DNA from: Camelus ferus
Lineage: Eukaryota
Direction: 5' to 3'
Assembly (NCBI RefSeq): GCF_009834535.1
Contig: NC_045704.1
Location: forward strand, 12,958,001 to 13,022,000
DNA: 64,000 nt
In this document: positions 39,570 to 52,600 of the stretch, piece after piece
Layout of the letters: the number at the start of each line of letters is the position of its first letter
Position numbering within the stretch: the first letter of the stretch is position 1
Notes under the pieces: generated by a model
Told to the model about the DNA's origin: nothing
The model's database searches: none
What the model saw: only the letters and a program-made list of their open reading frames with translations
Program-made: the position numbers and the translations under genes

Positions 39570-40375
39570 ATTTGTCGGCCGACCATCAAAATGTATCCAG
39601 AATCTGGCCATGTCCCATCCTCCCCCACTGCCATCACCAAGGGCTGCTGCCACCACCATCTCCCACCTAAGTACCTCTGTTCCCCACTCACATCCCCAGC
39701 CTCCTGCCTCAGCTCTCACTCACTAGACTGTTCTCCATATGCAGCCCGAGGAAGCCTGTGAAGACCTAAGTGTGTCAGATGCCAGGGGAGGGTTTGGAGC
39801 AGAGGAGGGATGTGATTCATTTAACACAGGATTACATCCCTCCTCTGCTCCAAACCCTTCTCTGGCACCTGCCACACAAATCCAAGTCTTCACTGTGGCC
39901 TACACAGACCCACAGGATCTGGTCCTGTCCCCTGTCTGCCCTCACCTCCCACCTCTCTCCAATCCAGCCATGCTGGCCTTCTCAATGTGTCAGAGGCAGG
40001 CACACTCCTGCCCCAGGGCCTTTGCACTGGCCGCTCTCTCAGCCTGGAATGCCCTTCCCCCAGATACCTACGTGGCTCAATCCCTATCTCATTCAGGTCT
40101 TTGCCCAAGTACATGAGGTGAAGCCTTCCTCGACCACCCTTTTTCAAATTGCATCCCCTCCCAACACTCCGACTCATGTCTGTTTCGCTGTCTCCCTTAT
40201 CACTTATCACCTTCTGACATATCATTGCAGTTGACTGATCTTTATTGTAGGTTGTCCCCATTAGGACATCAGCACCAGGAAGGCTGCGGTGTTTGTGTAC
40301 CCTGCTGGATTTCTGGCATCTACAGCTGTATCTGGCTCACAGCAAGTGTTCAATCCTGTGTTAAATGAATGAACA
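39570..40375. mobile_element. L2 LINE remnant
   Basis: CCCCAGGGCCTTTGCACTGGCCGCTCTCTCAGCCTGGAATGCCCTTCCCCCAGA..; ends GTTAAATGAATGAA. Confidence 0.65.
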
Positions 40376-40919
40376 ATGGGAGCCCGGCCTTCTTCCTTCA
40401 GCGTTCTTGTTGTACGTTGGGGAATGCATCTGGTCTCTGGCTCTGTTTCCTGGGAGACAACCTCAAAATCCTTGGAATTTCCAGATAATTGATAGGAGTG
40501 TCTTTGGTATTCATGGGGGGCCCCCTGACCACACCTGAATTTATGCTAATGAGGTGACTCAGGATGGGGACTGGTCAGGACCTGAAAGACCAGTCAGGGG
40601 ATTAGAGGGGTGGGGCTTTTTTTTTTTTTTTTTAATTGAAGTACAGTCAGTTACAATGTGTTAATTTCTGGTGTACGGCACAATGTCCCAGTCATGCATA
40701 TAGATAAATTCCTTTTCATATTCTTTAGAGGCATGGGGCTTTGAGGCACAAGACCGCTCACCTCCAACCTCCTGGGAAGGGAAGGAAGGCTAGGGATTGA
40801 GTTCAATCTCTGTCTCCATCTTCAAGTGGCTTTTTCCTCTTCTCACTGTGTCCTCTGTTTATCTCTTGTAAGGAAACTTGAATTTTTATTTATTCATTCA
40901 TTCTATTTATTTTATTAAA

Positions 40920-42975
40920 AATTTTAAAATGGAAGGATAGTTGGTTAACAATGTTGTGTTAGTTTCTGGTGTTCGTTTTCTATGTGAGTCTGTTTTCGTT
41001 TTGTAAATAAGCTCATTTCCCTCTCTCTCTTTTTTTAGATTCTACATATAACTGATATCATATGGTACTTTTCTTTCTCTTTCTGGCTTACTTCACTTAG
41101 GATGACAACTTCCAGGTCCATTCATGCTGCTGCAGATGGCACTATTTTATTCTCTTTTATGGCTAGGTAGTATTCCACTGTGTATTTATACCATAACTTC
41201 TTTTTTTGTTTGTTTTTATTTCCATTGCTCTAGGAGACAGATTAAAAAAAAATATGGCTGCGATTTATGTCAGAGCGTTCTGCCTATGTTTTCCTCTAGG
41301 AGTTTTATAGTATCTGGTCTTACATTTAGGTCTTTAATCCATCTTGAGTTTATATTTGTATATGGTGTTGGAGAATGTTCTAATTTCATTCTTTTACATG
41401 TAGCTGTCCAGTTTTCCCAGCACCACTTATTAAAGAGACTGTCTTTTCTCCACTGTATATTCTTGCCTCCTTTGTTNNNNNNNNNNNNNNNNNNNNNNNN
41501 NNNNNNNNNNNNNNNNNNNNNNNNNNNNNNNNNNNNNNNNNNNNNNNNNNNNNNNNNNNNNNNNNNNNNNNNNNNNNNNNNNNNNNNNNNNNNNNNNNNN
41601 NNNNNNNNNNNNNCTTCAGCTCCATTCTTTTGGCTTTGGGGTCTTTTGTGCTTTCGTACAAATTAAAAATGTTTTTGCTCCAGTTTTATGAAAAATATCG
41701 TTGGCAATTTGATAGGGGATTGCATTGAATCTGTATATTGCCTTGGGTAGTATGGCCATTTTAACAATATTGAGCCTTCCAATCCAAGAACACAGTACGT
41801 TTTTCCATCTGTCTGTGTCATCTTCAATTTCTTCCATCAGCGTCTTACAGCTTTTGGAGTACAGGTCCTTTGCCTCTTTAGATAGGTTTACCCTAGGTAT
41901 TTTATTCTTTTTGATGTGATGGTAAATGTGATTGTTTCCTTAATTTCTTTTCCTGCTATTTTGTTGTATAGAAATGCAACTGATTTCTCTATATTAATTC
42001 TTATATCCTGCAAGTTTACCAAATTCATTAATGAGCCCTAGTAGTTTTCTGGTAGCCTCTCTAGGATTTTACTTCTTCTTTTCCAATTTGGATTCCTTTT
42101 AGTTTTCTTCTGATTGCTGTGGCTAGGACTTCCAAAATNNNNNNNNNNNNNNNNNNNNNNNNNNNNNNNNNNNNNNNNNNNNNNNNNNNNNNNNNNNNNN
42201 NNNNNNNNNNNNNNNNNNNNNNNNNNNNNNNNNNNNNNNNNNNNNNNNNNNNNNNNNNNNNNNNNNNNNNNNNNNNNNNNNNNNNNNNTTTCTGGAGAGT
42301 TTTGATCATAAATGGATGTTGAACTTTATCAAAAGCTTTTTCTGCATCTATTGAGATGATCAAAGGTTTTTATTGTTCAATTTGTTCATGTGGTATAACT
42401 TCTTTATCCAACCACCTGCCAATGGACATTTAGATTGTTTCTAGGTCTTGGCTATTGTAAATCATGCTGCTGTGAACACTGGGGTGGGGCATTAGAGTTT
42501 TCTCCAGATACAGGCCCAAAAATGAGATTGCTGGATCAGTATGGTAGGCTTATTTCTAGTTTTTATTTAAGGAATCTCCATACTGTTTTCCATAGAGGCT
42601 GCAGCAAACTACATTCCCAGCAACAGTGTAGGAGGGCTCCCTTTTCTCCTCATCCTCTCCAGCATTTATCGCTCGTGGACTTTTTAATAGTGGCCATTCT
42701 GATTAGTGTAAGGTGATACCTCACTGTAGTTTTGATTTGCATTTCTCTCATAATTAGCGATATTGAGCATATTTCACATGCCTATCAGCCATTTGTTATA
42801 TCTTCATTGGAGAAATGTTTGTTTAGGTCTTCTGCTCACTTTTGGATTGGGTTTACGTTTTTGTTACTGAGTTGTATGAGCTGTTTTTATACTCTGGAAA
42901 TTAAGCCCTTGTCAGTTGCATCCTTTGGAAATATTTTCTCCCATTCCATAGGTTGTCTTTTCATTTTGTTTACAG
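40920..42975 (-). mobile_element. LINE-1 ORF2/3' UTR fragments with N gaps
   Basis: Translated remnants MIISIDAEKAFDKVQHPFMIKTL and WIGRLNIVKMAILPKAIYRFNAIP (L1 reverse transcriptase region). Confidence 0.9.
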
Positions 42976-43264
42976 AGGAAACTTGTATTTAGACATAGTG
43001 TCACTTGGATANNNNNNNNNNNNNNNNNNNNNNNNNNNNNNNNNNNNNNNNNNNNNNNNNNNNNNNNNNNNNNNNNNNNNNNNNNNNNNNNNNNNNNNNN
43101 NNNNNNNNNNNNNNNNNNNNNNNNNNNNNNNNNNNNNNNNNNNNNNTCCCCCAAAGCTGTTGCTCACCTCTGGACCTTTGCACATGTTGCTTCCTTTACC
43201 AGGGATGCTCTCCCCCAAAACACTTTTCTAACCTAATTAGATCCTCATCATCCTTCAAGACTGG

Positions 43265-44870
43265 ACACAACTGCTAACCATCAGGGAAATGCAAATTAGA
43301 ATGACAATGAGATATTGCCTCACATCTGTTAGGATGGCTATTATCAGAAAGGCAGAAATAAATGTTGGAGAGAGTGTGGAGAAAAGGGAACACTTATGCA
43401 CTGTTGGTGGGAATATAAATTGGAACAGCTGCTATGGAAAAAGTTGTGCAGTTTCCTTAAAAAATAACAAATAGAACTACTTTGTGATCCAGCAATCCCA
43501 CTTCTGAGTATTTATCCAAAGGAAATGAAATCAGGGTCTTAAAGAGTTATCTGCACTAGTTGTTCACTGGAGCAGTCAGTATTCACAATAGCCAAGATAT
43601 GGGTACAACCTAAGTGTCCCTTGACAACTAGATAAAGAAGACATAGTCTATATACACAATGGAATATTAGTCAGCCAGGAAAAGAATGAAATTCTGCCAT
43701 TTGCAACAACACAGATAAACCCAAGGGACATTATGGTAAGTGAAATTAGCCAAAGACAGAAACTGTATCATCTCACACATGTGAGAGAACCAGAGAGTAA
43801 AATGGTCATTGCCAGCAGCTGGAGGGCAGGGGAACTGGAGAGATGTTGGTCAAAAAATACAAATTTTAGGTATAAGATGAATAAGTTCTCCTCCTGTACT
43901 GTTGGTGGGAATGTCAATTGGTGTAGCCATTATGGAGTTTCCTTAAAAAACTAAAAATAGAGTTATCCTATGACCCAGCAATCCCACTCCTGGGCATATA
44001 TCCGAAGAAAACTCTAATTTGAAAAGACACATGCCCCTCAATGTTCACAGCAGACCTGTTTACAATAACCAAGGCATGGAAGCAACCTCAGTGTCCATTG
44101 ACAGATGACTGGATAAAGATGTGGTATACATACACAAGGGAATACTCCTCAGCCATAGAAGAAAAATGAAGGTTATTTGCAGCAACATGGATGGACCTAG
44201 AGATGATCATATTGAGTGAAGTAAGTCAGACAAAGACAAATATCATATGATATCACTTATGTGTGGAATCTTTAAAAAGTGATACAAATTCTATTTATAA
44301 ACCAAGTCAGACTCATGGACATAGAAAACAAACTATGGTTACCAAAGGAGAAAGGATGGGGAGGGGTAAATTAGGGGCTGGGGATTAATCGACACACGTT
44401 ACTATATATAAAAATAAGTAACAAGGACCTACTGTAGTAGCACAGGGAACTATATTCAGTTTCTTGTAATAACTTATAATGGAAAAGAATCTGAAAAGAA
44501 AAAATATATATGTCTACATATAACTGAATCATTTTGCCATACACCTGAAACTAACATTGTAAATCAACTACACTTCAATAAAAATTTTTTAAAAAATGAG
44601 TAAGTTCTGAGAATCTAATGTACAGCATGGTGACTCTAGTTAACAATACCTTATTGTATACCTGGAAGTGGTTGAGAGGAGATCTTAAGTGTTCTCACCA
44701 TCAATGAAAAAGGTAAATATGTGAGGGGACGGATGTGATAATTAACTTGATTGCTATGATCATTTCACATTGCATATGCATATGAAATCACTGTGTTGCA
44801 CACCTTAGAAAATCAAATTGTAGAACTGAAATGCATACAATTTTTGCCAATCATACCTCCATAAAGCTGG
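43265..44870 (+). mobile_element. Older LINE-1 3' end with a younger L1 3' end nested at about 43885-44595
   Basis: ATCAGGGAAATGCAAATTAGAATGACAATGAGATA..; a second copy of TGTTGGTGGGAATGT..GACCCAGCAATCCCACTCCTGGGCATATATCC. Confidence 0.8.
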
Positions 44871-46540
44871 GGGAAAATTCAGTGAAGATGACACCTTCTT
44901 TGGGAAGATTCCTGCCACCTCTCTTGCTCTCACCTCACACACAGACACACACACATTCAAGTTCAGAAGGGTGTCTTTGGGCCCCCAGACCACCCTGAGC
45001 TGCTTCTACTGTTACACAATTCTACATGTCACCTGCAGTTATGTCTGTGTGTCTTTCAACCAGATCTGAGCCTACCCCTCTTCTGCTCACAGACCTTCTA
45101 TGGCTCCCTAGTGCCCTTGAGACAAATTCCCAGCCCCTGCCAATACATTGGTTTTTAGCTCAGTGAGACTCATTTCAGACTTCTGACCTCCAGAACTGTA
45201 AGACAACACATCTGCATTGATTTATTTAAGCCACTAATTTTGTGGTACTTGTTACAGCACTGACTGGAAAGAATACACCTCTCTCCTCAGCACCTAGTAA
45301 TAGCTCACTCACAGCAGACACTCAATGGATTTTTATTGACCAACTGGATGGCTGCCTTGACTAGGAGCTCCTTCCCTTTGGCCAGAGATGATTGGACCAG
45401 AAGTGGACACCTCCCAGGCTGGCCAATGAGATTTCCCCTCCTGCAGATGTGGCGCTGAGTGTTCTCTGTGGTCTGGGGGTAGACAGACCTATTGCAGTTG
45501 GCTTTGGCTGCTTAAAGCAACAAGACTAATAGGAAAGGAGCCCATGGAATCTGGGAGGAAGTTATTAAACCACAGAGAGGAACTAGAACCTTCCAGGGAC
45601 TTCCCTCTAACTCTTCATTCCTGTGTCTTTCCTGTCCAAAGGTCTAGAGATCCTGAGAGAAGTGATCTACTCTGCCCAGCTTTAGTCAAATACTAAAGGA
45701 GGCTGCCATTCTCATTTTCCCTGGGACAAAAAAATCAACCTCTGATTAACAGCATGTTTTGTGTACACATCACAGTCTACCCAATGAGGCTGGAACTATT
45801 AGCCCCAATTTACAGATAAGGAAACTGAGGCTCAGAGCCGTTAAGAAGCTTTCCTAAAGGCACATGGCTAGAAGGATTTGAATGAAGCAGACAGGTAGAT
45901 ATGAGACCCAAGAGATCATGTGGCCCACAGAGACAAGACTTGCCATGGCTCCTGTCTGCATTTGGGTTTCCAGGACCTGGGGCACCCAGCTGCGTGTCTT
46001 GCCCTGTCTTCTGTGCCTCTGTAGCCTTCCAGAAAATTCCCTTTTATCCTAAGCTAGCATGAGGGGTTTCCATGCATCAAAGAATTTTCAAACAGTGGTA
46101 TGCTGGAGTGGTTTGGAGGAGCTGACTGTTAAAAACCCAGGAACAGTCAGCCTGTTCAATTAGCTGGAGTGTGAAACTGACATAGCGGGAGTGTTTACAC
46201 CATGGACATTGGTCCAAGTTACTTACCAAGGCTTTTATTTTATTCCAGAGAGCTACTGTATTTTATTTTACACCTGCATAACCTGGATTCTGAGGCAATG
46301 TATAGGTAGAGGAAGCCAGGGAGCAGGAGCTGCCAGATAGAAAAGACCAGAAGAGACAAGAGTCCCTGTGGCCCTTTCCAAAGCTTCTCAGTATCCCCTT
46401 TATCTGTTCCACAAACACTCTTGTCCGGGAGCCAGCCCACAGGGCTGCTCAATCTCAGAACCGAAGATGGGCTTCAGCAGATCAGAAGTTGCTATTTCCT
46501 ACCCCGCTCCCCTCAGAAGTACAGCCAAGATTGGTCAGAG

Positions 46541-46546
46541 TTTATT
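46541..46546 (-). terminator. ALDH16A1: ALDH16A1 proximal polyadenylation signal (tandem distal AATAAA at 46234-46244)
   Basis: TTTATT on the + strand at 46541-46546, 46234-46239 and 46239-46244. Confidence 0.6.
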
Positions 46547-46648
46547 GGAGGGCATGGGAACCACAATAAGAGGAAAGTTCCAGACATCTGGCGTCGGTTG
46601 GGAGTGATCTCTCCTCCGTCCAAGATGGAGTGGAAGGCACTTGAGCAA

Positions 46649-49600
46649 TCAGTCCCCCATGGGCAGCCACAGGGCTTTGGTCCGTGCTGCCCGCAGCCCC
46701 AGCTCTGGGCCTGCCCCCTCGGCCTCCTGATCCCAGGCCCGCGGGCAGCCTCTGTTCACCCACACCGGCTTGAGGTTTCCTGCTGAGGCCCACTCCACAA
46801 ACTGGGATCCCTGGCGTGGAGACACGGGATCATTATTTCCACTGGCTTGGTTGCTAAGCAGCTGTTTCCTTGGCAACAAGGACTATCACTGAGGAGGGGC
46901 CTAAAGGCTTGACCTAGGCTCTGTGGCTAGAATGCTCAGCTCCTAGCAAGTAAACCTTCCAGATACTGAAGGAAACAAGGTTGACCTTTGTGGCTATGGA
47001 ATTTCCTCCCTGTTAACGGCCCACATTCAAAGGAATGGGGCCTAAGGTTCTTGCTGACAAGTTCCCATCTGTTACCATCAGGCGGTTTAAGAGGGTGGAC
47101 TGTGGGCTTCTGACTCTGTTGCTGCGGTGTGGTCCTTAGCAATTGGTTGTCCAATGTTAGGTCTTTGGGCTGGGCAGGATCTCTTGCCCTTGTTGCTAAG
47201 GAGATCCTCTTCCTTAACAACTGGGGTCTAAAGGGGCAGGACCCAGAACCTGGTTGCTAAGGAGTAGCAACAGGGTTCTAAGGGAGTGCAGCTATGTTCC
47301 CAGGAAAGGAAGAGCTTGTTGGTGACGGTGAAGACACTGAAGATGGCAAAACAAAACGTACCTGTGCAGATCCAAAATACCACAGGGCCTGGATGTCCTG
47401 GTGCAAGGCCAGGCAGCGGGTCAGGTGGTCCCGATCCCCTGTCACCACATTCACCAGGCCTGCTGGCAACAAGGTGACCATGTCCTAGGGGATGGAAGGT
47501 GGGGATTATCCAGAGTTGGGAAGAGGAGAGTCAGAGACCCCTAGGGCACTGGGAGCAGGGTAAGGAGTGAGCATCATGGGATTGGCCATGGGGGTCCCAG
47601 AAGGAAGGGGATGGGGTCATGACTGGTGAAGGCTCACAGTCTGGAGAGAATGGTCATTGGGTCTATGAGTAGCGAAGGCTTGGCTGCTGGGATGGGGTTT
47701 ACCATGGTTACCAAGGGGATGGGGTGAGAGCTGAGCTCTTGCAGGCCTTTGGGCACCTTTCATCCATCTGCTGCCCGAAGGGCTGTTGGGAGCAGCAGCA
47801 GACAGGCAGGAAGGCAGGGGACTGTACCTGGCAGACCTCCAAAGCAGGGATGGGACAGGCCCCGCTGGGCACCAAGACCACAGTGTTGCCATGAGCCAGG
47901 GCGGGGGCCAGCAGAGACACCAAGGCCAGCAGGGGCCACTTGTCCGGGCACACAATAGCCAGCACGCCCAGTGGCTCCCGAAGCTGGAGCACAGGGCCTC
48001 TCAGCTCTGCTACCTGCAGGGACGGGGGGAGGTCAAGGACGGGGCAGAGAAGCCTGACTGCCCTCTTCTCACCTCCTCTATCACCTGCCCTTTTTCTCCT
48101 CTCATCCCCAACTTCGCTTCTCCATAGCAACTCCAATAATGACAACATAACCAGCTGATGGTTCAGGGCACAGACTCCAGAGCCAGATGCTGGGTTCAAG
48201 TCCCCGCTCTACCATGGACTGGGTGACCTTGGGTGAGTTACTTAACCTCTCTGGGCCTCAGCTTCCCAACTTTAAAATAAGAACAATAATAGTGTCTACC
48301 TCAGAGATTTGCTGTTAGGATAGAATGAGTTCATATGTGTAGCGGTCTCAGAACCTGGCCTATAGGTTTGTAGGCATGTGTGTTTTGAAGCTTAATTGAC
48401 TATAACTGACAGTCAGTAAACTGCCCACACTTAAAAGGGTATAGTCTCAGCCATTTTCATATATATACATATATACGCCTGTGAAGTCAATCACCACGAT
48501 CAAGATAATGAACTCCACCCCCCATTTCCTTGTGCTCTTTGATAATCCTTCCTTCCTGTCTCTGCTTGATCCCTCTGTGCTCAGACAACCACTGATCTGC
48601 TTTCTCTCTATAAACCACTGTGCATTTTCTACAGTTTTCTAGATACATTTTCTAGACTCGTATAGTCTGTACTCTTTTATCTGGCTTCTTCCATGCAGCA
48701 TAACCATTGCGAAATTCATCTATGCTGTAGCTCGTTCACTCTTGATTGCTGAGGAGGAGCCCACTGGAGGCATGTACCACAACTTATTTATTAACCTACT
48801 GAGGGACATTTGGATTGCTTTTTTTGCTGCTATGAATAATTTTGCTATAAACATTTGTGCATAAGTCTTTGTGTGGATACGTGCATTCATTTCTTTTTGG
48901 CTAAAAACCTAGAAGTTAAATTTACTTAGATAAATACCTAGGAATTAGTATGGATCATATACTAAGAGCATATTTAAGGGGAGAGGGTACAGCTCAAGCG
49001 GTAGAGTGCATGCTTAGCATGCACGAGGTCCTGTGTTCAATCCCCAGTACCTCCTTTAAAAATAAATAAATAAACTTAATTACCTCCTCCTGCCAAAAAA
49101 TAAATAAATAAAAGAAAATACAATAAATTTTTTTTAAAAAGAGCGTTTTTAACTTAAGAAACTGCCAAAATGTTTTCCCAAGTGGTTGTCCCCTGACGTT
49201 TCCCCCAGCAGAGTGTCAGAGTTCCAGTTCCTCTACATCCTTGGTGACACTTGCTATGGTCAGTCTTTTGAATTTCCGCCATTCTAATAGGTGCCTAATG
49301 ATATCTCAAGGTGGTTTGGACTTGCACTTCTCCAATGACTAATGACGTTGAGCATCTTTTCAAGTGCTTACTGGCCATCCATAGGCAAACATTTTTTTGA
49401 GCCCTCAGGCATTAAGAGCTCAGCCCATTTAGTTTTCAACTCCCAAGGTCAATACCATCATATAATTGCACATCATTTATGGAGGAGACCCAGGACAAAT
49501 GACTAGCTGTCTTCCCATTATCTTTCTATATCGCTCTCCCTGAGTGCACCTGTGCTGTCACCTGAGTCACTGAATCCTCAGGCTCTCTTCACTGGACCTA

Positions 49601-52600
49601 CCATATTTCATACCAACCTCGGAAGGATGTGTAGTTGCGTGTTATAAATGTAAGTGAAACAAAAATCACACCAAGCAATACCCTGTGCAATGCACTCTAT
49701 ATTTTCTGTCCTATTCTCTATCATTAAAAAAACAAACAAAAAACCCCCACCACAACAGGGCTATGACCCACTAAGTTGATTTTATGGCCCAGGAATGGGT
49801 CCCTAACAATAATCTGAAACACTACTCTATGAGGCGGGCTGGATGCTCATTATATAGAGGAGGAAATCGAGGTGCCGAGAGGTGAGACCACTTGGGCCTG
49901 GACCCCCACCCCCAAGTCATTCCATAGCCCTTGCTCTGACCCCCTCCAGACTGCCCGCTCTGTCTGCCAGCCCACAGACCCTTCTCACCTGCAGGGTACG
50001 GCCCTGGGCCTGGACGCGGGCCCCCCACACCCGAAGCCGCCTCGCGCTCAGCTCCACCTCTGCCTTGGCGACCTTGAGCTCCACTCCATGCCTCTCCAGC
50101 CTCGCTGCCAGGGTAGACCCTCGGCGTTCCAGCGCGGCTGCCAGGGCGCACAGCAGGGCTGCTCGGGCCCCTGGCGACTGGCCTACCCAGCTGCGGGCAG
50201 ACAGTGCACAGTTGTGGTTGGCTTCTTCACCCTGATTCTTCCCAGGTATCTCACCTCTGCCCACAGCCCCTACCCTGCGTGTCCAGACCCCATGACCCAT
50301 CTGCCCCGGGAGGAGAGTGAGGGGCCCTACCCACATCCTATCAGCCCTGGGAGCTCAGACTCCACAGCCCACCAGCTCTCAGGGTCCAGACCCCGCATTC
50401 CATTGGCCCAGCCCTGGGGTTTCAGATTCCCCTCTCTGATACCCCATGATCCCTGGGCTAGCTCATACGACCCACACACTTACCTAGGGGAAGCCTGGTG
50501 AGCAGCCTCGACGGCACCTCGGATATCCTTGGCTCCGCCCTCAGCCACGTAGCCGTGAAGATTGCCCTGCGAATCCCAGATGGGCCTGGAGCTCCGGGCC
50601 CCAGGCGCCTGGAAGCGGCCCCCGACAAAAAGCCCATAGGGGGGTGCCGGGCTGGAGTAGGGTGAGGTGTGAGGGTGGGTCCTGGGCAGGGACTGCTCAG
50701 ACCCCAGGCCACACCTCATTGGATGGACCCCTCCAATTCCCATGGGCCTCCGCGGGACCCAAACGCCTGGCCCCGTGACTCTCTGGGGGAGGATGTACTT
50801 TCATTTAGCAGAGCTGAGGCTCTCATCAGGCCTGGCGGGTTGGGGTGAGGCCATAAGACCCATAGTGCAATTCTCAGCGGGACTCAGGGACCCCTGGTTG
50901 GCTCTGAAAAGCCTCCCTCCAGTCCACGGGGTGGGGGGCGGAGCCTGCCACCACTTGCCCTCTTCCCCTCCACACACCAGGGATTCTGGGAGTCGTAGTC
51001 CCCAGAGCAGCTCACCTAGGCCCTGTTTCAGGCCCAGCTGGTAGGGTTGAAGGGACCACGAGGCCAAAGGTGTCGTAGTTCAGACTCTCAGAAAGGTAGG
51101 GCAGCCGGGCAGGGGTCCCTGAGGGCTGCAGGTACTCATACAGACCCTGTGGGAGGGACGGGGGCAAGAGGACATGAGACGTCCACACCGTGGCTGACGG
51201 TGTGGTGATGGGTGGGGAGAAGGTGCACTCACATCTGGGCCCCCGTGCCAAGAAGACCCACTCTCCTTGCAGCCACCTGTGGGCACTGCTGCGTCTCTGA
51301 GGCCGTGGGCATTGATCCAGACTGTGCCCACTCGGAGCCTGTGGGGAGAGGACATCAGAGAGAAAAACAGAAACTGGAGGAAGGGAGAGGTGATTCAGAG
51401 AGGCTGGGGTGGGGTGTAAGGAGAGACCCAGAGAGATGGGGAGACATCAAGAAAGAAGATGGGACTGTCCTGGCAGGCTGCCCCGTGTGCCAGTGGGTGT
51501 CAACTGACCCGTACGCCAGCGCCAGTGCCTGCCCCAGTCTCTCGCTCCATACACTGGCACTGCCTCCTCGGGGTGTCCCGTTGGCCAATGCCAGTGCCTC
51601 CTTGGCTGTGCGGAATGGGGAGGCCACAACCAGAGGCCACGGCACCTGGAGGGGGTGACAAGGGAGCTCAGGTGGCCTGGCCAGCTCCTCCTCCGACACC
51701 CCACCCAGTGTAGGTTCAGCCTACAGCAGTCGGCAACCCCCAGACCCAGTCCAAATGGTTCCCCCAGGGGCCTCTGTAGGTTTGGTGCTGCTGCCCACGT
51801 CTGGCTGAGGATGGGAGGATGGAATAGGGTCTCTAGGACTCTGAGGGGCTCACCTCTGCCTGGGTACAAGGGGAGGCTGGAAGCAGGTCAGAGACCAAGG
51901 TTGGGGGAAAGAATGGGCTGTCTGAAGGCACACTGCCAGCCTGGAAGACCTGGGGAGAAAGAGAAATAGACCTCCAAGTCCACACCAGTCCTCTCCACTT
52001 CAAGGACCCACGAGTCCTGGCCCCCTAGCCCTTCAGACCCAGGAGTCAGATCTTGAGGTCCCTCCTCCCCGGCACCTCAGAGTCTGTGCCCCAGGCTCAC
52101 CTGTGCACCCTGGCTCTGGGCCTCACGCACATAGCGCTGTGCCAGGTCATGTGCGGCAGCCCCCCGGGCCCCCATGTCCACGGCCCCGTCTAGCCCTCGG
52201 CCACCCCGAAGCCGTCCCATCCTCTCTTGGAGCCGCCTCATCGTCTCATCCCACACAGACTCTTGGATAAGGAGCCTGAGGCCCCCCTGTGAGGAAAAGG
52301 TGGGAGTCAGGGAGGGCAAATAGTGGGAGACATACAGATACAGATCAGAGGAGGGTCAAGGAGAAGTGGCCGAGGACACTGGAGATGCTCTGAGGCCCCA
52401 AACCCCAGGCAGGATGTGGATTTACAGAAAGGTGGTGGCGGAGAGTGGAGAGAGAGGTGGGGAAACTAGGATGTGGATGCTCAGAAAAGTGAAGGGATTC
52501 CTAATGAACAAGAGACACAGAGCGCCTGACTAGGCAAGGCCAGGAGAGCGGGGAACGTGGAGATTCCGAAACTTGAGGGGATGAGGAGTCCTGCATACGC

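Noticed and set aside
41124-42992. ORFs with reverse-transcriptase-like words
   Set aside because: Fragmented, frameshifted LINE-1 ORF2 remnants with N gaps; not an intact retroelement or a domesticated gene.
48978-49056. tRNA-Ala(AGC)-like genes (also at 4114, 10641, 36178 and others)
   Set aside because: They have A/B boxes and a GCATGCTTAGCATGC anticodon arm, but they also carry A-rich tails, TSDs and broken acceptor stems and occur in many copies. These are SINEs, not tRNA genes.
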